A model generated the notes under the pieces. The model was given only the letters and a program-made list of their open reading frames with translations, did no database searches and had not been told where the DNA came from. Below, one piece after another: positions 1 to 11,200 of a stretch of 32,000 nt of DNA. Where the stretch lies: contig NZ_MWQN01000001.1 of the NCBI RefSeq assembly GCF_002024165.1, positions 2,737,365 through 2,769,364 of the forward strand, in the 5' to 3' direction. The DNA comes from Embleya scabrispora (GTDB lineage Bacteria; Actinomycetota; Actinomycetes; Streptomycetales; Streptomycetaceae). Numbering within the stretch: the first letter of the stretch is position 1; every line of letters starts with the position of its first letter. The position numbers and the translations under genes were made by a program.

Positions 1-132
1 CCCGGCGCTGTTCGCGAGTCGAGGTGGCCCGCGGGCCCGGGAAATCATCCGGTTGGTGGTCCAGACCACCGGGGCCCGCCGTCGCGAGTTCGCAACGATA
101 CGGCGTTCTTGCAGCTCAGAGCCATGATCATC

Positions 133-217
133 TGGTCCCCGGAGCGGGACTCGAACCCGCACGACCTTGCGGTCAAGGAGGTTTAAGCTCCTCGTGTCTG
201 CGTTCCACCATCCGGGG
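133..217 (-). tRNA. bldA: tRNA-Leu, anticodon UAA (reads UUA); type II tRNA with a long variable arm and an encoded CCA
   Basis: Reverse complement reads CCCCGGA-TG-GTG-GAACGCAGA-CAC-G-AGGAG-CTTAAAC-CTCCT-TGACCGCAAGGTCG-TGCGGGTTCGAGTCCCGC-TCCGGGG-A-CCA. It has a 7-bp acceptor stem, a 5-bp anticodon stem, a CTTAAAC loop (anticodon TAA), a long variable arm and a GTTCGAGTC T-loop. The symbol is given by anticodon only. Confidence 0.9.
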
Positions 218-668
218 GCGATGCTGAGCGTAGCGGCCCCGGCGCACCGGGTTGACCCCCTGAATTTCGTGACGCCGCAAACGACTCTCGGCGACCCGTT
301 CGATAGCGGAGAGCGACGAAGGGCAACCCGTCCCGATGCCGCACGGATGATGCCGAATGGGTGCTTTGAGGCGCCTGAGCAGGGGATATACCGCATTCGG
401 CCGCGCTTGCGCGGCGCCCCGGTCGAGTCGGGAGTCCCACTTCGGGACGGCCGACTGGCGGCCGACGACCGGTCGCCGGAGGGGCGCGAGTCCGCCGCCG
501 GCACCGCTTGGCGCGATCGATTTGGACCATGCGTGAGCGAAACCGGCGAAGCGTGAGTAAGTGTGATCAGGCGTCCCGGATCATGCGCAATCTTGGGGAA
601 GCGTGGGTAGGCAGCACGAATCGGAACCATTCCGTCGCCCTGCGCAGCCCCGAGGAAAGAGGTCTCCT

Positions 669-1445
669 GTGACCGCCACCGAACCCATCGCGGGAGTCGG
701 GACGCACGGCGCGCTCGCCGCCGTCGCCACCGACCTGACCAAGGTCTACGGCGAGGGCGAGACGCGGGTGATCGCGCTCGACGGCGTCTCGGTCGGCTTC
801 CGGCGCGCGGAGTACACCGCGATCATGGGGCCCTCCGGGTCGGGCAAGTCCACGCTGATGCACTGCATGGCGGGGCTCGACTCGATCACGTTCGGCTCGG
901 TGCGACTCGGCGACGCGGAGTTGTCCACGTTGAACGACAAACAGCTCACCCTGCTCCGCCGGGAGAAGGTCGGTTTCGTCTTCCAGTCGTTCAACCTGCT
1001 GCCCACGCTCACCGCGCTGGAGAACGTCACGCTCCCGATGGACATCGCGGGGGTCAAGCCCGACAAGGCCTGGCTCGACCATGTGATCGAGACCGTCGGG
1101 CTGCGCGACCGGCTCAGGCACCGGCCGAGCGAGTTGTCCGGCGGCCAGCAGCAGCGCGTCGCGTGCGCCCGCGCGCTGGCGAGCAAACCGGAGATCATCT
1201 TCGCCGACGAACCGACCGGCAACCTCGACTCGCGCTCCGGCGCCGAGGTCCTGGGCTTCCTCCGCAGCAGCGTCTACGACCTGGGCCAGACCATCGTGAT
1301 GGTCACCCACGACCCGAACGCGGCCTCCTACGCGGACCGCGTGGTGTTCCTGGCCGACGGCCGGATCGTCGACGAGATGGCCGCGCCGACCTCCGACCTG
1401 GTCCTGGAACGCATGAAGCGCTTCGAGGCCCAGCGCACGAGCTGA
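669..1445 (+). CDS. ABC transporter ATP-binding protein (MacB/LolD/FtsE-like single NBD)
   Basis: Walker A GPSGSGKST, ABC signature LSGGQQQRVA, Walker B IIFADEPTGNLD, and an H-loop VTHD. The GTG at 669 is preferred over the track start at 603 because GGAAAGAGG lies 6 nt upstream. Confidence 0.9.
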   Translation: MTATEPIAGVGTHGALAAVATDLTKVYGEGETRVIALDGVSVGFRRAEYTAIMGPSGSGKSTLMHCMAGLDSITFGSVRLGDAELSTLNDKQLTLLRREKVGFVFQSFNLLPTLTALENVTLPMDIAGVKPDKAWLDHVIETVGLRDRLRHRPSELSGGQQQRVACARALASKPEIIFADEPTGNLDSRSGAEVLGFLRSSVYDLGQTIVMVTHDPNAASYADRVVFLADGRIVDEMAAPTSDLVLERMKRFEAQRTS

Positions 1446-1450
1446 GCGAA

Positions 1451-1497
1451 CGCGACGGAGCCCGGTACGCACAGGGCGTACCGGGCTCCGTGTCGCG
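1451..1497. terminator. Strong hairpin between the convergent ABC ATPase and ndh genes (candidate bidirectional terminator)
   Basis: GGAGCCCGGTACGC (1457-1470) pairs perfectly with GCGTACCGGGCTCC (1476-1489) around a 5-nt loop. The stem is extended by CGCGAC/GTCGCG. It sits in the 58-bp gap between the two stop codons. Confidence 0.7.
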
Positions 1498-1503
1498 AAC
1501 GAC

Positions 1504-2853
1504 CTACGACTTGGCCACGGGCTCCGCGGCCGGCCGGGGCGCGGGCAGCGCCGCCTCGGCGAACTCGTCGCGCGGGTGTTCCATCGCGCCGAGCGAGACG
1601 ATCTCGCGCCGGAAGAACGCCGACAGCGTCCAGTCGGCGAAGACCCGGAACTTGCGGTTGAACGTCGGCACCATCGCACCGTGGTAGGTGCGGTGGAACA
1701 GCCAGGCCGGCAGGCCCTTGAGCTTGAACCGGCCGAACATCACCGCGACGCCCTTGTGCAGACCGAGGCCGGCCACCGCGCCGAGGTTCTTGTGCTTGTA
1801 CTCCTGCGGCGGGAAGCCGCGCATGACCGAGACGACGTTGTCGCCCAGGACCCGGGCCTGCCGCAGCGCGTGCTGCGCGTTCGGCGGGCACCAGGCGCCC
1901 TCGCCCACGGCCAGGTCCGGCACCTGGGCGTTGTCGCCGGCGGCGAACACGTTGTCCATGCCGACCACCTGGAGGGTGGTGCGGGTGTCGACGTGACCGC
2001 GCGGGCCGAGCGGCAGACCGTACTCCGACAGCACCGGGTTGGGCTTGACGCCCGCGGTCCACAGGATCGTCGAGGCGTCGAACTCGACGTCGTTCGAGAG
2101 CACGCAGTGCTTGTCGACGCACGACTTGAGCGAGGTCTCCAGGTGGAACTCGATGTCGCGGCTCTTCAGCCGCTCCAGCGTCCACGCGCCGAGCTCGGGA
2201 CCGACCTCGGGGAGGATGCGGTTGGCCGCCTCCACCATCACGAAGCGCATGTCCTCGCGCTTGAGGTTCTTGTAGTAGCGCACCGCGTCGCGGGCCATGT
2301 CCTCGACCTCGGCCAGCGCCTCGATACCGGCGAAGCCGCCGCCGACGAAGCAGAACGTCAGCGCCTTGCGGCGGATGTCCTCGTCGGTGGTGGAGTCGGC
2401 CAGGTCGAGCTGCCCGAGCACGTGGTTGCGCAGTGCGATGGCTTCTTCGATGGTCTTGAGACCGATGCCGTTCTCGGCGAGGCCGGGAATGGGGAAGGTC
2501 CGCGATATGGAGCCGAGCGCGATGACGATGTAGTCGAAGCCGAGTTCGTAGGACTCGCCGGCCAGCGGCTCGACGAGCGCCACCTTGCGGTCGTGGTCGA
2601 CGGAGGTGACCCGGCCGTTGACGATCTCGGCGTTGGGCAGGACACGGCGCAGCGGCACCACGACGTGGCGCGGTGAGATGCTGCCGGCGGCCGCTTCCGG
2701 GAGGAAGGGCTGGTAGGTCATGTACGACCGCGGGTCGACGACCGTGACGGTCGCTTCGCCGAAGCGCATCTTCTTGAGGATGCGCTGCGCGGCGTACAGA
2801 CCAACGTAGCCGCCGCCGACGATGAGGATGCGAGGGCGATCCGTGTTGCTCAT
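1504..2853 (-). CDS. ndh: Type II NADH dehydrogenase (NADH:quinone oxidoreductase, FAD-dependent pyridine nucleotide-disulfide oxidoreductase)
   Basis: N-terminus MSNTDRPRILIVGGGYVGLY (dinucleotide-binding GxGxxG), a second FVGGGFAGIE motif, and AAGD near the C-terminal third. The ATG at 2853 is the first plausible start inside the longer track ORF. Confidence 0.9.
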   Translation of the reverse strand: MSNTDRPRILIVGGGYVGLYAAQRILKKMRFGEATVTVVDPRSYMTYQPFLPEAAAGSISPRHVVVPLRRVLPNAEIVNGRVTSVDHDRKVALVEPLAGESYELGFDYIVIALGSISRTFPIPGLAENGIGLKTIEEAIALRNHVLGQLDLADSTTDEDIRRKALTFCFVGGGFAGIEALAEVEDMARDAVRYYKNLKREDMRFVMVEAANRILPEVGPELGAWTLERLKSRDIEFHLETSLKSCVDKHCVLSNDVEFDASTILWTAGVKPNPVLSEYGLPLGPRGHVDTRTTLQVVGMDNVFAAGDNAQVPDLAVGEGAWCPPNAQHALRQARVLGDNVVSVMRGFPPQEYKHKNLGAVAGLGLHKGVAVMFGRFKLKGLPAWLFHRTYHGAMVPTFNRKFRVFADWTLSAFFRREIVSLGAMEHPRDEFAEAALPAPRPAAEPVAKS

Positions 2854-2944
2854 GTTTGGAAGTATCCACCGATCGAAGACGCCGGTGCTTCGAGGCCGCG
2901 CGCAGTACCGAAGGGGCCGTCTGGTACCCTTCGTCCTTTTGCTT

Positions 2945-2958
2945 GTGCATTTGTGCAC
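2945..2958. promoter_or_regulatory. Perfect 5-4-5 palindrome GTGCA-TTTG-TGCAC upstream of ndh (candidate Rex-type operator)
   Basis: Context is TTGTGCATTTGTGCACGG, about 92-105 nt upstream of the ndh ATG. It resembles the TTGTGAA-N4-TTCACAA class of Rex operators but has mismatches in both half-sites. Confidence 0.35.
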
Positions 2959-3325
2959 GGTGGGCGGTCGGGGCGGATCCATCCGACCCCGACACCCGGC
3001 GACTCGGTCCCGGTGACCTGCGTCGATCCTGCCCGAGGGGGGCGGGGACGGCGCAATGTGATCTCCACCTCGGCTCGTCGGCGACCGGAGTTTTCGAAGG
3101 CGGGGGCGTCTCGAACCGGGCCGACCAGAGGAAAACGGCCCCACATGGCCAACTTTTGCCCCGTCGACCATGTGAAGGGATTCACAAACTTTCGTCCGTG
3201 TCCGAACGTTGGACAGGGGTCGTTGGTTCCCCGACGGCGCTTGTTCGGTCGCTGTTCCTCGCTGTTCCTCGCTGTCCGGTTGGCTGTTCGGTTTGCTGCC
3301 GGCTCGTTGTCGACGCAGGGGCCAA

Positions 3326-3366
3326 CTCGCGGGCGCGCCACGGGGGTCGGGGGGCGCGCCCGCGAG
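3326..3366 (-). terminator. 14-bp perfect GC hairpin just downstream of the ppx stop
   Basis: CTCGCGGGCGCGCC (3326-3339) and GGCGCGCCCGCGAG (3353-3366) are exact reverse complements around a 13-nt loop. The hairpin ends 26 nt from the ppx stop codon at 3392. No clear U-tract is present. Confidence 0.55.
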
Positions 3367-3391
3367 CGTGGGGGCGGAAGCGGGGCGGGGG

Positions 3392-4339
3392 CTACTCGCC
3401 GGCCGGGGCCTCCGCCTCGGACCAGGCGATGCCGTCCAGGATGTCGTGTTCGCTGACCACGACCTCGGTCAGGCCGGTGCGTTCCATGATCGTGCGCAGG
3501 ACCAGGGCGCCGGCGGCGATGACGTCGACGCGGCCCGGGTGCAGGACGGGGATGGTCGCGCGTTCGGCGTGGGTGCTCGCCAGGAGGCGGGCGGTGACGG
3601 TGCGGACCTGGTCCAGGGTCGGCCGGGCGTGGTGGATCGCGGTCGAGTCGTATTCGGGCAGGTCGAGCGCGATGCCCGCGACCGTGGTCACCGAGCCGGC
3701 CAGGCCGACCAGGGTGCGGGCGCGCGCCAGGGGGACCACGGCCGCGACCTGGTCCAGGGCGGCCTCGATGTCGGTGATCGCGGCGGCGATCTGGGCCGGC
3801 GTCGGCGGGTCGTCGCGCAGGTGGCGCTCGGTCATCCGGACACAGCCGATGTCCACCGACCGGGCCGCCTCGGGCCGGTCGGTGCCGAGGACGAATTCGG
3901 TGGAGCCGCCGCCGAGGTCGACCACGAGGTAGGGCGTCTCGACGGCGCCGGTCCCGGCCAGTTCGCGGGTCGCCCCCACGAAGGACAGCGCGGCCTCCTC
4001 GTCGCCCGAGATCACCTCCGGCTCGACGCCCAGGATCTTGCGGACGCCGTCGCGGAACTCGTCCCGGTTCTCCGCGTCCCGGCTGGCGCTGGTGGCCACG
4101 AAACGCACCCGCTCGGCGCCCAGTTCGCGGATCACCTCGGCGTAGTCGACGCACGCCGCGAAGGTGCGCTCCAGGGCCTCCGGGGCCAGCCGGCCGGTCC
4201 GGTCCACGCCCTGGCCGAGTCGGACGATCCGCATTCGGCGGTCCAGGTCGACCAGGGTGCCGGCGGCCGGGTCCAGGTCGGCGACGAGCAGGCGGATGGA
4301 GTTGGTGCCGCAGTCGATCGCGGCCACGCGTCGGGTCAT
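3392..4339 (-). CDS. ppx: Exopolyphosphatase / guanosine pentaphosphate phosphohydrolase family protein (Ppx/GppA)
   Basis: MTRRVAAIDCGTNSIRLLVAD, VATSASRDAENR and VVDLGGGSTEF are ASKHA-fold phosphate-binding motifs typical of Ppx/GppA. The ATG at 4339 overlaps the upstream stop by 4 nt. The rest of the 683-aa track ORF is an Arg/Pro-rich artefact. Confidence 0.9.
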   Translation of the reverse strand: MTRRVAAIDCGTNSIRLLVADLDPAAGTLVDLDRRMRIVRLGQGVDRTGRLAPEALERTFAACVDYAEVIRELGAERVRFVATSASRDAENRDEFRDGVRKILGVEPEVISGDEEAALSFVGATRELAGTGAVETPYLVVDLGGGSTEFVLGTDRPEAARSVDIGCVRMTERHLRDDPPTPAQIAAAITDIEAALDQVAAVVPLARARTLVGLAGSVTTVAGIALDLPEYDSTAIHHARPTLDQVRTVTARLLASTHAERATIPVLHPGRVDVIAAGALVLRTIMERTGLTEVVVSEHDILDGIAWSEAEAPAGE

Positions 4340-4899
4340 CGGGTCTCGTCCTCCGGGGCGGCGACGTCGGCGGGCGGAGCGGCGGCGGGAGGGGTTGCGT
4401 CGGCGGGGGCGTCGGCGGGGGCGTCCACGCACACGCACGGGCCCTTGGCCCACCAGTCGGGCAGCGCGTCCAGCGCCTCGTCGCCGAGCGGGTTGACGCC
4501 GCGTCCGGCGGCGAGCGCGTGGCCGACCAGGACGTGCAGGCATTTGACCCGGTCCGGCATGCCGCCCGCCGACGGGAAGCCCTCCAGCACCTCGATCGTG
4601 TCCCGGCGCGCGATGTAGTCCTCGTGCGCGGCGGCGTACCGGGCGGCCAGGTCCTCGTCCTCCGCCAGGCGCGCGTTCATCTCGCGCATGACGTTGTTCG
4701 CCTCCAGCGTCCCGATCGCGGACGCCGCCCGAGGGCAGGTCAGGTAGTACAGCGTCGGGAACGGCGAGCCGTCCTCCAGGCGCGGGGCGGTCTCCACGAC
4801 GTCCGGCAGCCCACACGGGCACCGGTGGGCGACGCCGCGCAGACCACGCGGGGTACGGCCGAGCTGCGCCTTGACGGCGTCGATGTCCTGCTGATCCAT
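4336..4899 (-). CDS. DUF501 domain-containing protein
   Basis: It holds the conserved position between ftsB/divIC and ppx. Motifs seen are GVAHRCPCGLPDVVETAPRLEDGSPFPTLYYLTCP and GGMPDRVKCLHVLVGHALA. The stop is coupled to the ppx start (ATGA). Confidence 0.8.
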   Translation of the reverse strand: MDQQDIDAVKAQLGRTPRGLRGVAHRCPCGLPDVVETAPRLEDGSPFPTLYYLTCPRAASAIGTLEANNVMREMNARLAEDEDLAARYAAAHEDYIARRDTIEVLEGFPSAGGMPDRVKCLHVLVGHALAAGRGVNPLGDEALDALPDWWAKGPCVCVDAPADAPADATPPAAAPPADVAAPEDETR

Positions 4900-5031
4900 G
4901 GAGGGAGTATGTCCTGTTTCGCTGAATGGTTCGGACCGACGTTCGACCGGGGTGCCGCCCCGGAGCCGCGCGCGGCGGCCGGTCGCGGTCGCACGGCGCG
5001 CGACCCGGGGGTCGCCGAGACCCGGACCGGC

Positions 5032-5670
5032 CTAGCCGATCGACGTGGCGGGTGTCCTCGTGGGCGTCGGGGGCGTGCTCGGGGTCGGGGTACCGGCCTT
5101 GTCCGCGTCGCGGGTGGAGTCCCACAGGTTGCGGTACCACGGCGGCGAGCTGGCCTGGGCCGGGGTGGGCGGCGCCGGGTCGCCCGTAATGCCGCCCGGC
5201 GGCACCACCAGGTAGGCGGTGTCGCCCGGGTAGACGAAGTGCAGGCGCTCGCGCGCCTGTTGCCGGACGTACGCCGGGTCGTTCCAGCGCTCCAGATCGG
5301 ACCGCATGCGCTCGGTCTCGGACTGCTGCTTGCGGGTGCTCTCGCGCAGGTCGGCCACGTCGGAGCGCTGCGCCAGGTATTGCCGCAGCGGATAGACGAG
5401 GGCGATCGCCAGGCTCAGCACCACCAGGGTCAGCACGATCCACTTGCCGCCGCCGCGCCGGCGCAGCCGACCCAGGCTCGCCGCCGCGGCCGAGTCCTTG
5501 AAGGACCCGGCCGCGGTCTTCGGCTTGGCGGGCTTCGGCCCGGCCGACCTCGACGGGGCCGATGCCGGGCGCGTACCGCGGGCCTGACGCGGCGGTGCGA
5601 CGGCTCGGGACGCGCGGGCGGCCCGAGTCGGCCCGGCCGTCCTGCGACCGCCCTCGCCCTGCTCGCTCAC
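5032..5670 (-). CDS. ftsB: Septum formation initiator family protein (FtsB/DivIC-like), with a basic Ala/Pro-rich N-terminus and a Pro/Thr-rich C-terminus
   Basis: A single TM segment (WIVLTLVVLSLAIALVYPL) is followed by a coiled coil (RQYLAQRSDVADLRESTRKQQSETERMRSDLERWNDPAYVRQQARERLHFV). The GTG at 5670 is preceded by GGGAGG. The longer track ORF overlaps eno and is rejected. Confidence 0.8.
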   Translation of the reverse strand: MSEQGEGGRRTAGPTRAARASRAVAPPRQARGTRPASAPSRSAGPKPAKPKTAAGSFKDSAAAASLGRLRRRGGGKWIVLTLVVLSLAIALVYPLRQYLAQRSDVADLRESTRKQQSETERMRSDLERWNDPAYVRQQARERLHFVYPGDTAYLVVPPGGITGDPAPPTPAQASSPPWYRNLWDSTRDADKAGTPTPSTPPTPTRTPATSIG

Positions 5671-5726
5671 GCGTCCTCCCGCCGTTGTGTCGATCCGGCG
5701 CCGGCGGTCCCCCGCCCGACCGGGTG

Positions 5727-7133
<1,407 letters not shown>

Positions 7134-7169
7134 CTAGGGTGACGCTCGGTCGAGGGACGGGGCGTACAC

Positions 7170-7532
7170 ATGACCGAACCGGATCCGGGGGACATATCGC
7201 CGCTCGTGCGGGAGATCGGCCGGCTGCTCGCGGGCGAGGGCGACCCGCCGGCGCTGCTGAGCGCGCTGCTCGCGGCCCGGCTGTACTGCGAACGACCCGA
7301 GCGGGTCGGCTTCGCGGCGATCGGCCCGCCGGGTGGCGGGGTGGTCCCGGTGTTCACGTCGGAGGAGCAGTTGGCGCTGTTCGTCCGGGGCGGGTGCGAC
7401 TGGTTCGCCACCGAAGGCGCCGACCTGCTGCGGCTGTTGCCGCCCGGCTACGACATCGCCGTCGACCTGGCCGGCCCGCGACCGGTGCGGCTGCGGGCGA
7501 GTCTGTGGAACGCGGAGGCGGCGGATGGGTGA
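7170..7532 (+). CDS. SseB / SAV_915-like family protein (small cytoplasmic accessory protein)
   Basis: LLSALLAARLYCERPERVGFAAIGPPGGGVVPVFTSEEQLALF...DIAVDLAGPRPVRL matches the pattern of actinomycete SseB-like proteins. Its stop overlaps the next ATG (ATGGGTGA). Confidence 0.6.
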   Translation: MTEPDPGDISPLVREIGRLLAGEGDPPALLSALLAARLYCERPERVGFAAIGPPGGGVVPVFTSEEQLALFVRGGCDWFATEGADLLRLLPPGYDIAVDLAGPRPVRLRASLWNAEAADG

Positions 7533-7875
7533 CGACGGGTTCAGGGTCGACAGCGCCTTCGTGCGCGGGGCCGGTACGGAGCTGATCGAAGCGCTGACGG
7601 TGGCGCGGGAAATCGCCCAGAAGCAACAGCCGTTGCAGAAGCAGCTGGAAGCGCTGCAGAAGTACTACTCGTCACCGCTCCAGGCCGGCGAGATCGTGCT
7701 CGAAGCCGGCAAGGCGATGGCCGCGCTGGTCAACCTCGGCGAGAACATCGCGATCGCGCTGGAGATGGCCGCGCAGCAGTACGAAGCGGCCGAACGCGAC
7801 GCCAGGGCCCGGTTCTTCACGCCCGGCGGTGCGGCCTCGATCCACGCGGGCGACGACATGGGCACCACGAACTGA
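7525..7875 (+). CDS. Small (116 aa) all-helical protein, a candidate WXG100-like partner or targeting factor for the downstream toxin
   Basis: The ATG at 7525 overlaps the upstream stop. The sequence has heptad-like, helix-rich stretches (IEALTVAREIAQKQQPLQKQLEALQKYY ... ALVNLGENIAIALEMAAQQYEAAERDARARF). No canonical WxG motif is present. It ends 13 nt before the toxin start. Confidence 0.55.
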   Translation: MGDDGFRVDSAFVRGAGTELIEALTVAREIAQKQQPLQKQLEALQKYYSSPLQAGEIVLEAGKAMAALVNLGENIAIALEMAAQQYEAAERDARARFFTPGGAASIHAGDDMGTTN

Positions 7876-7888
7876 CGGAGGCCGCCCG

Positions 7889-8290
7889 GTGTTGACATCC
7901 GGCGAACCACTCACCCCCGACTCGCAGCCTCGCGGCCTGATACCGGGCGACTGGGAGGTGTTGCAGGCGGTCGCCGACATGCTGACCCGGTTCTCGGTGC
8001 AGGCGTTGGAGGCCAAGGGACGGCTCGGCAAGATCGAGGGCAAGGACCTCTGGCAGGGCGACGCGGCGGAGGGTTTTCGCAAGGACCTCGGGATCGTCAC
8101 CGAGATCCTGGGCCTGCACGGCAAGGAATACCCGAGCGTCGCCGCGAAGTTGCGCGAGTTCGCCGAGGTGTTGCGGTTCGCCCAGGGCGAGTGCGCGAAC
8201 GAGATCATCCCGAAGGCGAAGCAGGCGTTCTGGCTGATCGAGGCGCAGGCGCGCGAGCAGGAGTCGTACGACCTGGCCAAGCGCGATCAG
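7889..8290 (+). other. N-terminal helical WXG-like secretion domain of the Rhs toxin
   Basis: A WxG motif (LWQGD, W at 8051-8053) is embedded in long predicted helices, followed by FAEVLRFAQGECANEIIPKAKQAFWLIEAQAREQE. The domain boundary is approximate. Confidence 0.5.
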
Positions 8291-11200
8291 GATGTGCAGA
8301 AGGCCAACGGCGTCGGCAAGGAGTGCCTGCCCTCGTTGCCGCACAAGCCCGAGGGCCACCCGGGCGCGGACATGTTGCGCGAGGCGCAGGAGCAGTTGAA
8401 GCGGGTGCGCGAGCGGGTGGAAAGGGCCGACGCGCACGCGCTGTTGGAACTGCGCAAGTCCCGTGGCGTTCTCGACCTCGACCCGGACATATGGAAGACG
8501 CTCCGCCAGGCCGGGATCGATTTCGCCAAGGGCGCCGGCAGTGGAGTCTTCGAGCTCGCGAGCTTCGCGTGGACGATCGACCCGGCTCGGACCTTCGTCG
8601 ACCCGATCGCGTACGCCACCGATCTCAAGGGCATCGCGGGCGGCATGCTCGGCATCGCCCGGGACCCGGTGGGGTTCGCCCAGGACACGGTCGTCTCCTC
8701 GTGGGAGGACTTCAAGAAGAACCCGGCCCGCTGGCTCGGCCACGTGGCGCCCGACCTGGCCCTGACGCTGGCGACGCGCGGCGGCAACAAGGCGCTGACG
8801 CCCGCCGAGCAGGTCGAGAAGAACATCGCCAAGCGGGACAACCCGCGCTGCCGGGCCGCGGAGGCGTGCACACGCGAGGGCGAGCCGATCGACGTGGTCA
8901 CCGGCGAGATGGTGCTGCCGCAGACCGACGTGACGCTGCCGGGCGCGCTGCCGTTGGTGCTGGAGCGGCACCACCGGACGGCGTTCGGCGGGGGCCGGTT
9001 CTTCGGCGAGCGGTGGGCGTCGACGTTCGACCAGTGCCTGCGTCTGGGCGCGGACCGGGTCACGTTCACGGCCGCCGACGGGATGACGCTGCGCTACCCG
9101 GTGCCGAGGCCGGGCGAGCCGGTGCTGCCGATGGGCGGATATCGGTGGCCCCTGGCGTGGGACGGCGCCGGGAGCTTCACGGTCACCGACCCGCGGCGGG
9201 GGTGGACGTGGTCCTTCGCGGCCCTGCCGGGTGCGGCCTCGCGGCGAATACCGGTGCGAGCGCTGACGGATCGCAACGCCAACCGCGTCGAGTACGCCTA
9301 CGACGCGGAGGGCGTGCCGCGCGAGGTCACCCACTCGGGCGGCTACCGGGTGGCGGTCGACTCGGCGGCGAGCCTGGTCACGGGCCTGCGCCTCCTCGAC
9401 ACGGACCCCGTCACCCACGCGAGCACGTACGACCCGGCGGCCTCCGTCGACCTCGTCACCTTCACCCACGACGACGCCGGCAACCTCACCGAAGTCGTCA
9501 ACTCCTCCGGCCGCCCCCTGCGCTTCACCTACGACACCGACCACCGCATGACGTCCTGGACCGACCGCAACGGCACCTGGTACCAGTACGAGTACGACGA
9601 GGCGGGCCGCTGCGTACGCGGCTCCGGCATCGACGGCATCCTGGACAACACCTTCGCCTACGACGAGGCATCCCGGACCACCAGGATGACCGACGCGTTG
9701 GGCGCCGTCCGAACCTACGAATACAACGACTGGTCCCAGGTCATCCGCGAAACCGACCCGGCAGGCGGCACCCGCCACACCGAATGGGACTCCTACAACC
9801 GCCGAGTCGCAATCACCGACGAACTCGGCCACACCACGAGGTACACCTACGACGCGGCCGGCAACACCACCGGCGTAATCCTCCCCAACGGCACCTTCAC
9901 AGTCGCCGACCACGACCCCACCCTGTGCCGCCCGACCAGAATCACCGGCTTGGACGGCGGAGTCCGCAGCCACACCTACGACACCCGCGCCAACCTCCTC
10001 ACCACCACCGACGAACTCGGCGCCATCACATCCCACACCTACAACGAGGCCGGCCACCTCACAACCATCACCAACGCTTTGGGCCACACCACAACGGTCA
10101 CCCCCAACCCGGCCGGCCTCCCGATCGCGGTAACCGACCCACTCGGCGCCACCACGAAGCTCACCCGCAACGCCTTCGGCCGCCCCACCACGCTGACCGA
10201 CCCCATGGGCCACACCACCAAAACAACCTGGACGGTGGAAGGCCAACCAGCACGGCGCGAACGCCCAGACGGCACGATCGAATTTTGGACCTGGGACGGC
10301 GAGGGCAACCTCCGACACCACGTCAACCCAGCAGGCTTCACCACGTCCTACGAGTCGACGCACTTCGACTTGCCGGCGGCCCGAACCGGACCCGACGGCG
10401 CAAGGTTGGAATTCACCTACGACGCCGAACTCCGCCTCACCGAAGTCACCAACCCACAGGGTCGCACCTGGCGCTACGCCTACGACTCGGTAGGCCGCCT
10501 CGCCGCCGAGACGGACTTCAACGGTCGAGAATTGACCTACCATTACGATGCAGCCGGCCGGTTGATCCGACACAGGAACGGCGCGGGAGAGATCATCGCG
10601 TACACCCGCGACGCCACCGGCTGGGTCACTTCGCAGCGCCACGACGCAACCCAGTATGAAACGATTTACCACTTCGACGCCGCCGGCCGCCTGATCCGGG
10701 CTATCGCTCCGGAAGCGGATCTGATCCTCACGTATGACGCCCTTGGTCGTATCACGGCCGAGACTACCAACGGCCGTACGTTGTCCAACGCGTACGATGC
10801 GGCGGGAAACCGTATTCGCCGGACAACCCCCGCCGGCCACGTCACCGAATGGACCTACGATCCTTCGGGCCGCCCGACGGCCTTACATATTGCTGGAAAT
10901 AGGCTCGAATTTACCTTCGATCCCGCCGGGCGCGAAACAATCCGTCGTTTCGGAGACCGGGTAACCTTCGCTCAAGAGTGGAACGAGACTCATCACCTCA
11001 TCTCCCGGACAACCTGCGTCGGAGATCCGGCCGGCAGGATCGCTGCTTCCTTGGACCCGGACCTCGGCGTCATCGAACGTTCTCGTCAGAATTACACCTT
11101 CCGGGCCGACGGCTTCGTCACGTCGATCGACGAACCGAACATCGGCCTCAAGACGTATGACCTGAACGAGGTGGGCCGCGTCACCGCCGTTCGCGCGCAT

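Noticed and set aside
1-600. An integrative element at the tRNA-Leu gene (tRNA genes are common att sites), plus small ORFs at 24..227, 167..556 and 183..530
   Set aside because: I found no integrase or excisionase and no second copy of the tRNA 3' segment anywhere in the window. The small ORFs overlap the tRNA or each other and have non-coding-like composition.
7817-10840. A 1007-aa ORF antisense to the Rhs toxin gene, and a further 822-aa plus-strand ORF at 8191..10659 in another frame
   Set aside because: Both lie entirely within the strongly supported Rhs CDS. Their translations are Arg/Gly/Pro/Ala-rich low complexity with no motifs. They are typical open alternative frames of high-G+C DNA.
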